In this document: piece by piece, positions 44,357 through 58,200 of the stretch
How the letters are laid out: every line of letters begins with the position of its first letter
Numbering within the stretch: the stretch's first letter is position 1
NCBI GenBank assembly: GCA_000146045.2
Contig: BK006943.2
Span: 192,001 to 256,000 of the forward strand
Direction of reading: 5' to 3'
Length of the DNA: 64,000 nucleotides
From: TPA_inf: Saccharomyces
Lineage: Eukaryota
Position numbers and translations under genes: made by a program
The notes under the pieces: generated by a model
Database searches by the model: none
Told to the model about the DNA's origin: nothing
The model's input: the letters and a program-made list of their open reading frames with translations, nothing else

Positions 44357-44703
44357 TTTATTCTTCTATATGTATATTTTCGATACTCTAAACCACCCTA
44401 CAATGTAGCCCTATACTAAATCTGCTCAATTTTCAGCTTCTACAAGTGACTCGAGACCACGTGGAAAGATCCAACTACTCCAGCACAACGATTCAATATA
44501 ATCGATTGCTCCACTCATAAGAGGCAAGAACAAGCTTCAACTTTTGGTAAGCCGCCGTTTATAAACAGGGAAGATGTCCTTTGTCAAGGGAGGCACAGAG
44601 CATGGCCAATTTGGCAAATTGCAGGTTTTTCTGAGTGAAAAATGAAAAAGCATTGTAGTAGAGTCGGCTCACTGAAAAACCGGGGAGGACGAAAAGGTTT
44701 CCA

Positions 44704-44740
44704 GCCACAGTTGTAGTCACGTGCGCGCCATGCTGACTAA
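44704..44740. promoter_or_regulatory. GSH1 promoter regulatory cluster: Met31/Met32 site (GCCACAGTT = reverse complement of AACTGTGGC), Cbf1 CDEI site (CACGTG, 44718-44723) and Yap1/AP-1 response element (TGACTAA, 44734-44740). A second CACGTG lies at 44458-44463.
   Basis: I read the motifs directly. They lie about 350-385 bp upstream of the GSH1 ATG (minus strand). This fits the described Met4/Cbf1/Met31-32 and Yap1 control of GSH1. Confidence 0.55.
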
Positions 44741-45262
44741 TGGCAGCCGTCGTTGGGCAGAAGAGAATTAGTATGGTACAGGATACGCTAATTGCGCTCC
44801 AACTACCAAGGTTGTTGAGGGAACACTGGGGCAATAGGCTGTCGCCATTCAAGAGCAGCAACAGGCATGGGAAGATTCGCTTTTTTTTTTTGAATTACAA
44901 TAGTATGTCTGATGTCTGCAAGAAGTAACAGGCGTGTGCACAAGAATACGTGTGTGTGCGTAAGCGTATGCACTGGTGGCATAACTTATCTAAGAAGTAT
45001 ATATCACTGACATAGAAATGTAGATATACAGGTATTTTTCTCGATAATCGATAAAAATCTCGTCGCGCTGAACCAAACTTGGTGGTTACGGAGAGTTTTT
45101 CTCTCATCATTACTGTCTTTCGCATTGATTTCCCCTTTGACCGATAAAATCCCTTGGATTCATAAGATTAAACAAAGAGGTGATCAAAGAGAACCCTGTG
45201 AAAGTTTATGTTTATAACCGGGCATAAAGTGAACTAGACACTTTCAAGAAGCCAACCAAAGC

Positions 45263-47086
45263 ATGAGTAACGAAGCTTACCAGCATGATCATACCGTAAA
45301 TCCTCACCAGAAGATAGTTGTGAACAGCTACGATTGGTTACAGTTCCGTGATGAGCAAGATCACTGTAAAAGTAAGAACCCGATAACGCACGCTTCTCCA
45401 GGGGTCGGTTCGAATGCACAGAATTCAGACATAGCGGAGGCCCCTCAGGTATTCCACCCTTCCTATCAATCTCTGGTCAACGTACCGTCCGAGAGCCCGC
45501 GACCTGATCAGACTTCAGGGTCCAATCCTGCCGTTGGACTGCTTCATAATGCAGAGGACAAAGCGTCAGGGCAAGAAGAAGAAGGAAGTCAATATGAGAT
45601 TCAATATTCGGTATTTCGTCCGCTGCATGCATATCCAACCAAGGGCCTAGCATATGAGCAGCTCCGAAGAAAAGAAGAACAAGAACAGAGGGAAAACTTC
45701 AACCATTTGGTTTCTGACTGTATTGAGGCTGTAGAGACATTTGGACGCGAACTCGAGAGAATCCAAACTGGCTCAAGTGGGTCGTACTTTGTGTATGGAA
45801 CACGGGCCGACGAAAGCGTTCCGGTGGGGGTCTTCAAGCCCAAGGATGAGGAACCATATGGCCCATTTTCTCCCAAATGGACCAAATGGGCACACCGCAC
45901 GTTTTTCCCATGTCTGTTTGGCAGAAGTTGTCTGATTCCAAACCTCGGGTACATCTGTGAAAGTGCGGCTAGTTTGTTGGATAGGCGACTGGAAACGCAT
46001 CTAGTACCCTATACAGATACTGCATCTATAGAGTCTTTTAATTTTTATGATAATAGAAAAAAATGGGTATTGGGATACAACCTTCAGAAGAAGAAACAAA
46101 AAAAGCTGGGTTCTTTCCAACTTTTTTTGAAGGAGTACATCAACGCCGATGAGTTCTTTCATAAATACCCATTACCTGGGATGTATTCAGATGTTAAACA
46201 TTCATTTCATCGTAAGTCATCCGGCGAAGATATCAATCATAAACCAGAGACAACCAGGAACCTAACAGATGAGACAGAACCGTCCAAGCAAATAAATTCC
46301 TCTCCAATTTCGACGGAATCTGAAGAAAATTCGAAATTTGAATGGACAGAATCAAGTTTGAGTCAGTTCAGATTGGAACTAGAAAAACTAATTATCCTTG
46401 ATTATATAATGAGAAACACAGATAGAGGTCTAGACAATTGGATGGTGAAACTAATCAAACTTTCAAACAATAAGTGGAGACTCAAGTTAGCCGCCATCGA
46501 CAATGGGTTGTCCTTTCCCTGGAAGCATCCTGATGAGTGGCGTCTGTACCCATATGGCTGGTTGTATTTGCCTCTGCAACTACTAGCCAAACCATTTTCT
46601 GAGCAAATGAGATCTCATTTCCTACCGATATTGACAAGCACTAATTGGTGGGAAGAGTCGTACCAAGAATTCTTGGCCCTATTTAGCAGGGACCAAGATT
46701 TTAACGTCCGAATGTGGAAGAAGCAATGGGCAGTATTAAAAGGACAGGCGTTCAACGTTGTCGAAACATTGAAAGACCCACGACAAGGCCCCTTGGAATT
46801 GGTTAGAAGGACAAGGTGCCAGGTAATAGATGAGAAGATGCAAGTTCCCTGTTGCCCACCTCCAGTTTCTATTTTCAAAAACGCCATAGACGAACCTATT
46901 GGATCATATTCCACTTCACCAATGGTACTCCCTAGCACCCCAAGCACAATTCCATTTCATGCACATAACCAAAGCAATAGTAATCCTGTATACTATGATT
47001 CCACTCTGCACCCATTTGCTAATAAAACAGTGATAGCAGAGCGGCTACAAATAGTCAATTCCACCCCCGTATTCACCTGGTGTTGA
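45263..47086 (+). CDS. LSB6: LSB6 (YJL100W), type II phosphatidylinositol 4-kinase
   Basis: 607 aa. It has a type II PI4K catalytic core (..GSSGSYFVYG.., ..DRGLDNWMV.., ..IDNGLSFP..) flanked by low-complexity termini. Confidence 0.85.
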   Translation: MSNEAYQHDHTVNPHQKIVVNSYDWLQFRDEQDHCKSKNPITHASPGVGSNAQNSDIAEAPQVFHPSYQSLVNVPSESPRPDQTSGSNPAVGLLHNAEDKASGQEEEGSQYEIQYSVFRPLHAYPTKGLAYEQLRRKEEQEQRENFNHLVSDCIEAVETFGRELERIQTGSSGSYFVYGTRADESVPVGVFKPKDEEPYGPFSPKWTKWAHRTFFPCLFGRSCLIPNLGYICESAASLLDRRLETHLVPYTDTASIESFNFYDNRKKWVLGYNLQKKKQKKLGSFQLFLKEYINADEFFHKYPLPGMYSDVKHSFHRKSSGEDINHKPETTRNLTDETEPSKQINSSPISTESEENSKFEWTESSLSQFRLELEKLIILDYIMRNTDRGLDNWMVKLIKLSNNKWRLKLAAIDNGLSFPWKHPDEWRLYPYGWLYLPLQLLAKPFSEQMRSHFLPILTSTNWWEESYQEFLALFSRDQDFNVRMWKKQWAVLKGQAFNVVETLKDPRQGPLELVRRTRCQVIDEKMQVPCCPPPVSIFKNAIDEPIGSYSTSPMVLPSTPSTIPFHAHNQSNSNPVYYDSTLHPFANKTVIAERLQIVNSTPVFTWC

Positions 47087-47413
47087 TTTTTTGGAAAATA
47101 ATTCAATACATACTCAATATAAAGAAATCATAACTCTACTTTAGCATATAGGAAATAGACTCTTTCGAAAAAACCTCTTTCTGTAGTGTTAGAAAGCAAC
47201 CGGCTATTATTTTTGTGTGTCTTCGAAAAATCGGAACCCAAACAGATCTTAGCGGATTCATGGTAAAAATAGCCTTGAAGAATTTAGGAAAATAAATAGA
47301 TACTCAAAAAGGAATAGAGGATCTTAACAAATCATTACATTACTTAACTCACATTAAAAGCAAACACCTTTCTTAAGCTGTTGGTGCAAAAAAGGATTAC
47401 ATCTATTGCCCTT

Positions 47414-49654
47414 ATGAATTTGTTTTGGCCATCGGAAACCAAAAAGCAAAATGAAATACCTGGTGGCGATTATACACCTGGGAACTCACCTTCAGTACAA
47501 AAGGGTTATCAATTCCTCAATCGAGACATATTTAAAAGTTGTCCACGAATTATGGAAAGGCAGTTTGGTGAGTGTCTGCACAATAGAACGCATTTAATCA
47601 AGGATTTAATTTCTTCTGGCAATGTTGGACTAGGTCCCATTGAGATTGTTCACATGTCCTACTTAAACAAACATGAAAAAGAAGAGTTTGGTGAATATTT
47701 CTACGTTACAGGGATCGAAGTTTCCGGTCCTGCAATGCCCGTAGAGTTTCTTGAAGTGCTAAAATCGAGTAAGCGGATTTCCAAAAATATATCGAATAAT
47801 ATCATATTGACTTATTGCTGTTTTAATTTTTTCAGCAATCTAGACATCCGTATTAGATACGATGCTGACGATACTTTCCAGACAACGGCAATTGACTGTA
47901 ACAAGGAAACCACTGACCTGACCATGACAGAAAAAATGTGGGAAGAAACGTTCGCAAGTTCTGTCATCCGAGCGATAATAACAAATACTAATCCAGAGTT
48001 AAAACCTCCCGGTTTAGTAGAGTGTCCATTCTACGTTGGAAAAGATACTATCTCCTCTTGCAAAAAGATCATAGAATTACTCTGCCGATTCTTACCACGG
48101 TCACTGAATTGCGGGTGGGATTCTACCAAGAGTATGCAAGCCACCATTGTCAATAACTATTTAATGTATAGTTTAAAAAGTTTTATTGCAATCACGCCAA
48201 GCCTAGTGGATTTTACAATCGACTACCTGAAAGGACTTACCAAGAAAGATCCAATCCATGACATATACTACAAGACGGCTATGATCACAATTCTAGATCA
48301 CATAGAAACAAAGGAGTTAGACATGATAACTATTTTAAATGAGACGCTCGACCCCCTTTTATCTCTGCTAAATGATTTACCGCCTCGCGATGCTGATTCA
48401 GCACGATTAATGAATTGCATGAGTGACTTGCTGAACATTCAAACAAATTTTTTGTTAAACAGGGGTGATTACGAACTAGCATTAGGCGTCTCTAACACAT
48501 CAACCGAACTAGCCTTAGACTCTTTTGAATCTTGGTACAACCTAGCGAGATGCCACATCAAAAAAGAGGAGTATGAAAAGGCTCTCTTCGCAATAAATTC
48601 AATGCCTCGTTTGCGCAAAAATGATGGACACCTGGAAACAATGTACAGTAGGTTTCTTACCTCCAATTATTATAAAAAGCCATTGAATGGTACCCGCGAA
48701 CACTACGACTTGACTGCAATGGAATTCACGAATCTCTCGGGAACGTTGAGGAATTGGAAAGAGGATGAGTTAAAACGGCAAATTTTTGGAAGAATCGCAA
48801 TGATAAACGAAAAAAAAATCGGTTATACAAAGGAAATCTGGGATGATATTGCGATAAAGTTGGGTCCGATTTGTGGTCCACAATCTGTGAATCTGATTAA
48901 TTATGTCTCCCCTCAAGAGGTCAAAAACATAAAAAATATCAATTTAATAGCAAGGAATACGATCGGCAAACAATTGGGATGGTTTAGTGGTAAAATATAT
49001 GGGTTATTAATGGAAATTGTGAACAAAATTGGTTGGAATGGCTTATTAAACATCCGAACAGAAGCTTTCATGATGGAAACTGAATTCTATCAAGCTTCTA
49101 ACAACATTATCGATGAAAACGGTCATATACCGATGGAATCCCGAAAGAAAAGGTTTTGTGAAGGGTGGCTAGATGATTTATTTTTAGATTTATATCAAGA
49201 CTTGAAATTGAGCAAGATTAGCCTAAGCAATAAAGATGAAAAACACAGCGGATTAGAGTGGGAACTTTTGGGTTTGATCATGCTGCGTACCTGGCATTGG
49301 GAAGATGCCGTAGCTTGTCTAAGAACAAGCATAGTAGCTCGATTCGACCCCGTAAGTTGCCAGCAGCTGCTAAAAATATACCTGCAACCTCCAAAAAATA
49401 TTCAAGAGGTTACATTACTAGACACAGATACCATAATAAGTTTATTAATTAAGAAAATATCATATGATTGCAGGTATTATAATTATTGCCAGATATTTAA
49501 TCTGCAACTGCTAGAAAAGCTATGCAACGAATTGGGGACGCATATACTGCGTAATAAGATCCTTCTTCAACCTTCCATAGGAGACGAAATCATGGTCATG
49601 ATCGATGCCATGCTTGCGTGGATAGCCGACCTAGATCACACAGTACAACCTTGA
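47414..49654 (+). CDS. CHS6: CHS6 (YJL099W), exomer/ChAPs cargo adaptor for Chs3 export from the TGN
   Basis: 746 aa from the first ATG (MNLFWPSETKKQNEIPGGDYTPG..), an alpha-helical TPR-like ChAPs-family protein. The track ORF starts at TTG 47381. Confidence 0.8.
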   Translation: MNLFWPSETKKQNEIPGGDYTPGNSPSVQKGYQFLNRDIFKSCPRIMERQFGECLHNRTHLIKDLISSGNVGLGPIEIVHMSYLNKHEKEEFGEYFYVTGIEVSGPAMPVEFLEVLKSSKRISKNISNNIILTYCCFNFFSNLDIRIRYDADDTFQTTAIDCNKETTDLTMTEKMWEETFASSVIRAIITNTNPELKPPGLVECPFYVGKDTISSCKKIIELLCRFLPRSLNCGWDSTKSMQATIVNNYLMYSLKSFIAITPSLVDFTIDYLKGLTKKDPIHDIYYKTAMITILDHIETKELDMITILNETLDPLLSLLNDLPPRDADSARLMNCMSDLLNIQTNFLLNRGDYELALGVSNTSTELALDSFESWYNLARCHIKKEEYEKALFAINSMPRLRKNDGHLETMYSRFLTSNYYKKPLNGTREHYDLTAMEFTNLSGTLRNWKEDELKRQIFGRIAMINEKKIGYTKEIWDDIAIKLGPICGPQSVNLINYVSPQEVKNIKNINLIARNTIGKQLGWFSGKIYGLLMEIVNKIGWNGLLNIRTEAFMMETEFYQASNNIIDENGHIPMESRKKRFCEGWLDDLFLDLYQDLKLSKISLSNKDEKHSGLEWELLGLIMLRTWHWEDAVACLRTSIVARFDPVSCQQLLKIYLQPPKNIQEVTLLDTDTIISLLIKKISYDCRYYNYCQIFNLQLLEKLCNELGTHILRNKILLQPSIGDEIMVMIDAMLAWIADLDHTVQP

Positions 49655-50081
49655 ACAAAACGGTGCTCTTAGTATTATTATATAACCACTACGGTTGGAT
49701 GGACTGAGGGTAAGGGTAACCGTATACCTTTTATTTTTTTTTTTACATTTTGAACTGGGAAGAAAATTTTTTTTGCGAGGGATTGACGGCTAACGCCAAA
49801 ACACTCCGAAGAGAATGAGAAAAGCTTGGGCATCGCTCGAAGTCATCGAACGGGACTATTTTTGTTTAAAATTTCACCAGATCTGCTTGATAAGGGTAGT
49901 TTAGCTTGTGTATTTGGGAAAGGTACGCAAAAGATATATTTTACTAAGATCTTTAAATATTTTTAGCTTGAGGTAATACATGCTAATTTTAGTTGATTAG
50001 AGATTCTGAAAAATTCGTTTTAGTTAGTGTTTAAGAATAGTGGCGTTTATCGTTTTGCCCATTTAATAATTAGGAAAAAAT

Positions 50082-53000
50082 ATGTCAGGGTCCTTTTGGA
50101 AGTTTGGACAAGATTTTGGTTCACAGTCTCCATTAGCTAAACTGTTGAACAGGGCTTTCATTAAGATCGATGATAAGCCCACTAGTACGGAAGCAGGGAA
50201 AATTGACTCTAATAGCACAGATGAAAGTTTAGAAAGCAATTCTTTTAAATCAGAAGACGAAGAAGAAGAATATGAGCTGCCTAACAGAGAAGAAGACTAC
50301 AAAGCTTATAAGCCAAACCTGTCTCTACTGAATGATCTTTTAGATGATGAGGAGTTATATACAGAACTGATGTGCTCGAACTTCAAGCTACTAGTGTACT
50401 TGAAGTACCCTGAAGTTTTGTCCAAATTGATAGATTATGTCAGAAATAGTACCATACTTGAGTCCAATATTGATAGAGTTACTTCAGAAGACAGAGATTT
50501 AGTACGTGGTGAAGACAAGGACACAACGGAGGACTTTGAGAATGCTAAAGCAGATAAGAAAAACATTGATGGTACTTTTGAAGAAAAAGAACGTACTCGT
50601 AGTGGTGAAGAAGAGGAACTGGAAAATGAAGAAAATGATAGTGCATCTGAGGATACTAGAGTCACTCTACCTCATGAACTAGAGGAACATGATGATACGC
50701 GAAGAGCCAGAATAGCGGCCGAAATATTGTCCGCTGACGTGTGGCCCATATCATCTGCTTTGATTGAAAACGAAGGACTTCTCGCTAAGCTTTGGTCGAT
50801 CCTCAGGCTACCTTCTCCATTGTCAATTGAAGCGTCAACATATTTTATGAAAATAAACGAACGCCTCTTGGATATGAATATGGACGGAATAATTGAATTC
50901 ATATTAAAAAAGGAACACATTGTTGACGATTTTTTAGCACATATAGATAATCCGCCTTTGATGGATTTTTTATTAAAAGTAATATCGACCGATAAGCCAG
51001 AAATATCAAATGGAGTTATACAACTGTTTAAAAAACAGAACTTGGTTCCAAAGTTGATTCATTTACTCGATCCTGTTTTTGATTCTTGCACACAATCTGC
51101 AGCCGGTGATTTTCTGAAAGCTCTGGTTACTATTAGCGGTAACTGTCCTAATGAGATTACTTCGAGCATAGGGCCTAATGAATTAACAAGGCAATTAGTT
51201 TCTCCAAATATGATGAAACAACTTATGGATATAATGCTCAAGGGAGGCAATTCGTTAAATAATGGCGTTGGCATTATCATTGAGCTGATAAGGAAAAACA
51301 ATTCTGATTATGATACCATACAAACAAATTATACTACCATAGAATCTCATCCGCCAACAGATAGAGACCCAATTTATTTAGGATATTTGGTTAAAATGTT
51401 TTCTGAACACATGGCCGATTTCAACAAAATACTAACTGAGAAGAAGATTCCCCTTTTACAGACGTCCTATGGAACGATTGAACCGTTGGGATTTGAAAGG
51501 TTTAAGATCTGTGAACTTATTGCTGAACTATTACACTGCTCAAACATGACTTTATTGAATGAACCGAGTGCCTATGACATTGTAAGAGAGCGTGATGCCG
51601 AAAGAGAGAGAATCTTCAATTCACAAAATTACGTAGATTCTAACGATCGTAGTGAATTAAAAGAAAATGAAGACGACAATACAGGTGATGCTGATGATGA
51701 AGTGGAAGATGATACAAATCAGGTAGAATCCGCTAATACCTCCATTGATGGTGAAGAAGTTATCGATAAGTTAAATTCTTTACAGATAGAAACCAACAAA
51801 GTAAACCAGAACATGAATAATGAAGAGCAACATAGTTTAATGCCAGACTTCAACAATGGTGATTTTAAGGACGAGGAAGATGAAAATCCATTTGAACCCC
51901 AATATTCAGACGTCATTTTGGATTCTTCTGATATAGAAAAAAACTTTCGTGTGTCTCCCAACGTTGGAGATCAGCTGAAAATCAGTTTACAAGATACCAG
52001 AGTAATAGATACTATGCTCGAAATGTTTTTTCACTTCCAGTGGAACAATTTCCTTCATAACGTAGTGTACGATGTTGTTCAGCAGATTTTTAACGGTCCC
52101 CTCAAAATAGGTTATAATAGGTTCCTTTTAGATGATCTCCTAATCAACATCCGTTTAACTGATATGATTATTAACGGAAACAATGAATGCATAGAATATG
52201 AGAAAGGACATGACACCAGGCTTGGATATATGGGCCATTTGACCCTAATTGCGGAAGAAGTCACCAAATTTACTGCATATATTGAAGAGATGAACATCAC
52301 CTTTGAAAATACTGAAGTAATGAGTTCTTTATTTGAGAGTAAATGGATTGCCTATACGGAGGATGTTCTAGAGGATCTAAAGGAGAAATACAACGCCATA
52401 TTAGGCGATATAGCTGAAGAAGGAGACATGTTGCAAGATGAAGAAGAGGATGCTGTATACGACAAGGGAGAGCGCACTATGGGTACAGTCGATGACTACA
52501 TTAATGACATAATGCAAATGGACAATGTACGGTGTCAAGAGGAGGAAGAGGATGAAGGAGAAGGGTATGTCAGCTTTGATGAAGATGAACCCCAAGAATA
52601 TCGTAATGGTGATTCCGTTAGAAGCAAAGAATCGAATTCATCAGAAGGCAAACGTGACCAAGAGCAGCTTTACTATGAGTACGTTAACGAAGATGGTACA
52701 AAAACAAGATTAAACTTCAATCCTGATTCTGACGCCACGGAACAAGTTCCAGGTGAAGTGAATCGCGATCATAAGATACCATTGAAGCTTAAGCGAAGTT
52801 TTACGGATGCATGCAAATCTGAAACAATACCAAATAATACAGTTAATGCTAAGGAAGAAAGTGTATTTCAATTTAGCAATGAACTTAGTGACGGCTGGGA
52901 GTCATCACCTTCTAATTCTATACCCAAGCGTGCTTCTCCATCAAAAAATGGCATGAATTCACCTATGTTTCAACACCAGTTTGAACTTCATAGCCCCACC

Positions 53001-53258
53001 GATGAATTTGGAGGTCATAAAGACGAAATATTAAGCGCGGAAGGCCATGACTACGACATAGATGAATACGATGAACTGAGCGATGACAGTGATGAAGAGT
53101 ATGATAACTGTGAAGACGAAGACAGTTTGGATTATGCTGATTCCGCCGCATATGCATTGTGTAGATCCAAAAGTAAGGACAAGATATCATGGGATGAAGA
53201 AGAACAGGCGCGATTAATGGGCGTTGTAAAATTTAATTCAGAGCATTACAGGGACTAG
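50082..53258 (+). CDS. SAP185: SAP185 (YJL098W), Sit4 phosphatase-associated protein (SAPS family)
   Basis: 1058 aa. It has a SAPS-domain core flanked by acidic Ser/Asp/Glu-rich low-complexity regions. The size and position match. Confidence 0.8.
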   Translation: MSGSFWKFGQDFGSQSPLAKLLNRAFIKIDDKPTSTEAGKIDSNSTDESLESNSFKSEDEEEEYELPNREEDYKAYKPNLSLLNDLLDDEELYTELMCSNFKLLVYLKYPEVLSKLIDYVRNSTILESNIDRVTSEDRDLVRGEDKDTTEDFENAKADKKNIDGTFEEKERTRSGEEEELENEENDSASEDTRVTLPHELEEHDDTRRARIAAEILSADVWPISSALIENEGLLAKLWSILRLPSPLSIEASTYFMKINERLLDMNMDGIIEFILKKEHIVDDFLAHIDNPPLMDFLLKVISTDKPEISNGVIQLFKKQNLVPKLIHLLDPVFDSCTQSAAGDFLKALVTISGNCPNEITSSIGPNELTRQLVSPNMMKQLMDIMLKGGNSLNNGVGIIIELIRKNNSDYDTIQTNYTTIESHPPTDRDPIYLGYLVKMFSEHMADFNKILTEKKIPLLQTSYGTIEPLGFERFKICELIAELLHCSNMTLLNEPSAYDIVRERDAERERIFNSQNYVDSNDRSELKENEDDNTGDADDEVEDDTNQVESANTSIDGEEVIDKLNSLQIETNKVNQNMNNEEQHSLMPDFNNGDFKDEEDENPFEPQYSDVILDSSDIEKNFRVSPNVGDQLKISLQDTRVIDTMLEMFFHFQWNNFLHNVVYDVVQQIFNGPLKIGYNRFLLDDLLINIRLTDMIINGNNECIEYEKGHDTRLGYMGHLTLIAEEVTKFTAYIEEMNITFENTEVMSSLFESKWIAYTEDVLEDLKEKYNAILGDIAEEGDMLQDEEEDAVYDKGERTMGTVDDYINDIMQMDNVRCQEEEEDEGEGYVSFDEDEPQEYRNGDSVRSKESNSSEGKRDQEQLYYEYVNEDGTKTRLNFNPDSDATEQVPGEVNRDHKIPLKLKRSFTDACKSETIPNNTVNAKEESVFQFSNELSDGWESSPSNSIPKRASPSKNGMNSPMFQHQFELHSPTDEFGGHKDEILSAEGHDYDIDEYDELSDDSDEEYDNCEDEDSLDYADSAAYALCRSKSKDKISWDEEEQARLMGVVKFNSEHYRD

Positions 53259-53590
53259 GAAATAATACTAATTAAATAATTCTAATAATTCTAATATTAA
53301 TAACAATAATAATAAGAATAATAATTATACAATAACACATGTATTTCCTAACTCACAATCGTTTGGACTACATATGCTGTCTAGTGCCTTATTGCGACTT
53401 TGCCCGTTTGATAACTTACTTCGATTGTTTAGTATTCAAAAAGGAAAAAGGCGTTTTCTTTTTCGTGTACTTTTTTTCGAAATTCTGTTGAATTTATTCG
53501 AACTCAGAATTGGTCCATCAAGAGCATCCAAAATACAAAATAACTCATCATCACACAAGAAGAAGCACAACTCCAAGCAATTTCTACAAT

Positions 53591-54975
<1,385 letters not shown>

Positions 54976-55254
54976 ATTTTAGGGATATGTACATATACGC
55001 ATACGTATAAAATCATGTAAATAACAATAAAATTTGACACACTTTCTTCGGCCCCAATGGCCATTCAATTCCAGACCGACGCGTCTTCTAAGTTATAATG
55101 CTATGAAATTTCAACAAGTTAATTAAAAGTAAGCATAATAATAAAATCAGGTAATGGATTCACCAAAAAAAAAAATAAAAAAACAAGGGCAGAGGGGTGA
55201 CCATTAGTACGAAACACTAAATATAGTATTAAAATAGTTCAACTCCACCTCCAA

Positions 55255-58200
55255 ATGCCCTTTTTGAGGAAAATAGCGGGGACAGCACATACACATTCTA
55301 GGTCTGATTCGAACTCATCTGTGAAATTCGGCCATCAGCCGACTAGTTCGGTAGCATCAACCAAAAGTTCAAGCAAAAGCCCTCGTGCAACATCTCGCAA
55401 AAGCATTTATGATGATATTAGAAGCCAATTTCCCAACCTAACCCCCAACTCTACCTCTTCTCAGTTTTACGAAAGCACGCCAGTTATCGAACAATCCTTT
55501 AATTGGACGACAGATGACCACATCTCAGCTGGAACGCTTGAAAACCCAACGAGCTTTACAAACAGTTCTTATAAAAATGACAATGGACCTAGTAGCCTCT
55601 CTGATTCGAGGAAATCCTCCGGTGGCAATAGCGTAAATAGTTTGTCCTTTGACAAGCTAATTCTATCGTGGGATCCTACAGACCCTGATGAATGGACAAT
55701 GCATCGCGTCACCTCATGGTTTAAATTTCATGATTTTCCAGAATCCTGGATATTGTTTTTCAAAAAGCATCAATTGTTTGGTCACAGATTTATAAAGTTG
55801 CTTGCATATGATAATTTCGCTGTTTATGAAAAGTATTTGCCGCAGACTAAAACTGCTTCATATACCAGGTTTCAGCAGTTATTGAAAAAAACAATGACCA
55901 AGAACGTAACAAATAGCCATATTCGTCAGAAGAGCGCTAGCAAACTTAAAAGTTCCAGGTCTTCCAGCGAATCGATCAAATCAAAATTAAAAAATAGTAA
56001 ATCGCAAGAGGATATTTCAAATTCTAGATCAACGTCAGAATCTGCATTGAGCCCAACAAAATCGGGCCCTTCCAAGACCGATGAAAAGAATTTTTTACAT
56101 TCTACTTCAACACACCAAAAAACCAAAAGCGCAAGTTCACTATACAGAAGAAGTTTTATATCCCTAAGAGGCTCATCATCGAGCAATGCTTCCTCAGCAA
56201 AATCACCTTCAAACATCAAGTTAAGTATACCGGCTCGGCCGCACTCAATTATTGAATCTAACAGTACACTTACCAAATCGGCGAGCCCACCTGCATCTCC
56301 TTCGTATCCTAGCATATTTAGAAGACATCACAAAAGTAGTTCATCTGAGTCGTCATTATTAAATTCCCTTTTTGGTAGTGGAATAGGCGAGGAAGCTCCA
56401 ACAAAGCCTAATCCACAAGGTCATAGTCTGTCTAGTGAAAATTTAGCTAAAGGAAAATCTAAACACTATGAAACTAATGTGTCTTCACCTTTAAAACAAT
56501 CTTCACTACCCACTTCGGATGATAAAGGTAATTTATGGAATAAATTCAAAAGAAAGAGCCAAATAGGGGTTCCTAGCCCAAATACGGTAGCTTATGTAAC
56601 GTCTCAAGAAACTCCATCCTTAAAATCGAATTCGAGTACTGCTACCTTAACCGTACAAACGGCAGATGTAAATATACCATCTCCATCTTCATCACCACCG
56701 CCAATACCCAAAACTGCAAACAGAAGTTTGGAGGTCATCAGCACAGAAGATACACCTAAAATTTCTTCAACCACGGCGTCTTTTAAAGAAACGTATCCTG
56801 ATTGTATTAATCCAGACAAGACAGTTCCAGTGCCGGTAAATAATCAAAAGTATAGTGTAAAGAACTTTTTACTGGACCAAAAATTTTATCCTCTGAAGAA
56901 AACAGGGTTAAATGATAGTGAGAATAAATATATTCTGGTTACCAAAGATAATGTTAGTTTTGTTCCGCTAAACTTAAAAAGTGTAGCAAAATTATCCAGT
57001 TTCAAAGAATCTGCTCTCACAAAATTGGGAATCAATCACAAAAATGTCACTTTCCATATGACAGACTTTGATTGCGATATTGGTGCTGCAATTCCAGATG
57101 ATACTTTGGAATTTTTGAAAAAAAGCTTGTTTTTGAACACTTCTGGAAAAATTTATATCAAAGACCAAATGAAGCTTCAACAAAAACCGAAACCTGCTCC
57201 TCTCACCTCAGAAAACAATGTTCCTTTAAAATCGGTGAAAAGTAAGAGTTCAATGAGGTCCGGAACAAGCAGTCTGATAGCATCGACAGATGATGTTTCC
57301 ATTGTCACTTCGTCTTCTGACATAACATCATTTGATGAACATGCATCAGGAAGTGGGCGCAGGTACCCCCAAACCCCGAGTTATTACTATGACAGAGTTT
57401 CCAATACTAATCCAACTGAAGAATTGAATTATTGGAATATTAAAGAAGTTCTTTCTCATGAGGAAAATGCACCAAAAATGGTTTTTAAAACAAGTCCAAA
57501 ATTAGAACTCAACCTACCAGATAAAGGAAGTAAATTAAATATTCCTACCCCCATAACAGAAAATGAAAGCAAGAGTAGTTTTCAAGTGCTAAGAAAAGAT
57601 GAGGGGACTGAAATTGATTTCAATCATCGTAGGGAATCGCCTTATACAAAACCAGAACTGGCACCAAAAAGAGAAGCTCCCAAGCCTCCCGCAAATACTT
57701 CTCCTCAGAGGACCTTATCAACTTCTAAACAGAATAAACCGATCCGCCTAGTGAGGGCAAGTACAAAAATTTCGAGAAGCAAAAGATCGAAACCATTGCC
57801 GCCACAATTATTATCATCTCCTATAGAAGCTAGCAGCTCGTCTCCTGATTCGCTTACTTCCTCATATACTCCTGCTTCGACTCATGTTTTGATACCGCAA
57901 CCTTATAAGGGTGCAAACGATGTTATGCGTAGGTTGAAAACAGACCAGGACTCGACGAGTACTTCCCCATCTTTGAAAATGAAACAGAAAGTGAATCGCT
58001 CAAATTCAACTGTATCGACTTCAAATTCAATTTTCTATTCTCCTTCACCATTGTTAAAAAGAGGTAACTCAAAAAGAGTTGTTTCGTCGACATCTGCGGC
58101 CGATATATTTGAAGAGAATGACATAACATTCGCGGATGCTCCGCCGATGTTTGACAGCGATGATAGTGATGACGATTCTAGTTCATCCGATGACATTATC

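Noticed and set aside
55040-55110. Possible tRNA-like GC-rich segment (..GGCCCCAATGGCCATTCAATTCCAGACCGACGCG..) downstream of MRPL49
   Set aside because: It does not fold into a cloverleaf with an anticodon loop or A/B boxes. It is more likely terminator or UTR sequence.
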